DNA from: an uncultured Gammaproteobacteria bacterium
GTDB lineage: Bacteria > Pseudomonadota > Gammaproteobacteria > GCF-002020875
Direction: 5' to 3'
Assembly (NCBI GenBank): GCA_963981015.1
Contig: CAXCCG010000003.1
Location: 578-64,577, forward strand
Length of the DNA: 64,000 nucleotides
Below the pieces are notes generated by a model. It ran no database searches. It was not told the origin of the DNA and saw only the letters and a program-made list of their open reading frames with translations. The first letter of the stretch is position 1, and the number at the start of each line of letters is the position of its first letter. The translations under genes were made by a program, and so were the position numbers. Shown here piece by piece: positions 63,919 through 64,000 of the stretch.

Positions 63919-64000
63919 CGAATAAGGTTAGATTGTGTGAGTGACGAGGAACGAGGAGAGAGCCACAATCTGAACCGTTTGTTGTACAAGCCCAGTTCTG

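Noticed and set aside
1-64000. tRNA, rRNA or CRISPR arrays
   Set aside because: No cloverleaf-compatible segments, rRNA-like conserved blocks or regularly spaced repeats detected by eye.
63919-64000. hairpin AGATTGTG...CACAATCT after higA
   Set aside because: 8-bp stem with a ~26-nt loop and no T-tract; not a convincing terminator.

Overview
This 64-kb window looks like gammaproteobacterial chromosome (about 50% GC). It is mostly syntenic housekeeping genes, with one small accessory patch at the 3' end.

Housekeeping content, in order:
- 5' end: a partial HD-GYP gene, a secreted CxxC thioredoxin-fold protein, then dusB-fis, purH and purD.
- A secreted ankyrin-repeat gene and a GGDEF-domain remnant, followed on the minus strand by tatCBA, a HIT gene, and a his cluster (hisB-H-A-F-I, a SYLF-like insert, hisE).
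- An Fnr-type regulator, then an operon of rhodanese, an extremely Met-rich repeat protein and dtd, diverging from ttcA.
- A 1408-aa SNF2-family helicase, parE, then xseB-ispA-dxs, queD-folE2, an M61 peptidase and nnrS.
- On the minus strand: thiL-nusB-ribH-ribBA-ribE, a REC-GGDEF-EAL protein and comM; on the plus strand a fetAB-like ABC pair.
- A long minus-strand run: SPOR protein, argS, DJ-1, ctp, anmK, a giant multi-PAS sensor kinase, glnE, M23 peptidase.
- ntrC-ntrB-glnA with a terminator and NtrC-type palindromes, then nadE and an orphan REC.

Noteworthy items:
1. At 61.0-62.7 kb, a bipartite HipA-like module: a HipT-like (HipA C-domain, DRHxxN catalytic loop) kinase is followed, not preceded, by a gene encoding a HipA-N-like segment fused to a HIRAN-like domain. 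There is no HipB. The gene carries a perfect in-frame 21-bp tandem duplication. Flanks are an IS200/RAYT-like remnant bounded by 14-bp inverted repeats, a TTTTGTG microsatellite and a higBA pair.
2. A ~150-bp MITE-like element with ~24-bp terminal inverted repeats is present in two copies, at 35.8 kb and at 58.4 kb; the second abuts the glnA enhancer.
3. A ~19%-Met protein built from 11-residue repeats is translationally coupled between rhodanese and dtd.
4. TatC carries a ~130-aa acidic C-terminal tail.
5. A SYLF-domain secreted protein is wedged between hisI and hisE.

No rRNA, tRNA or CRISPR was detected by eye.
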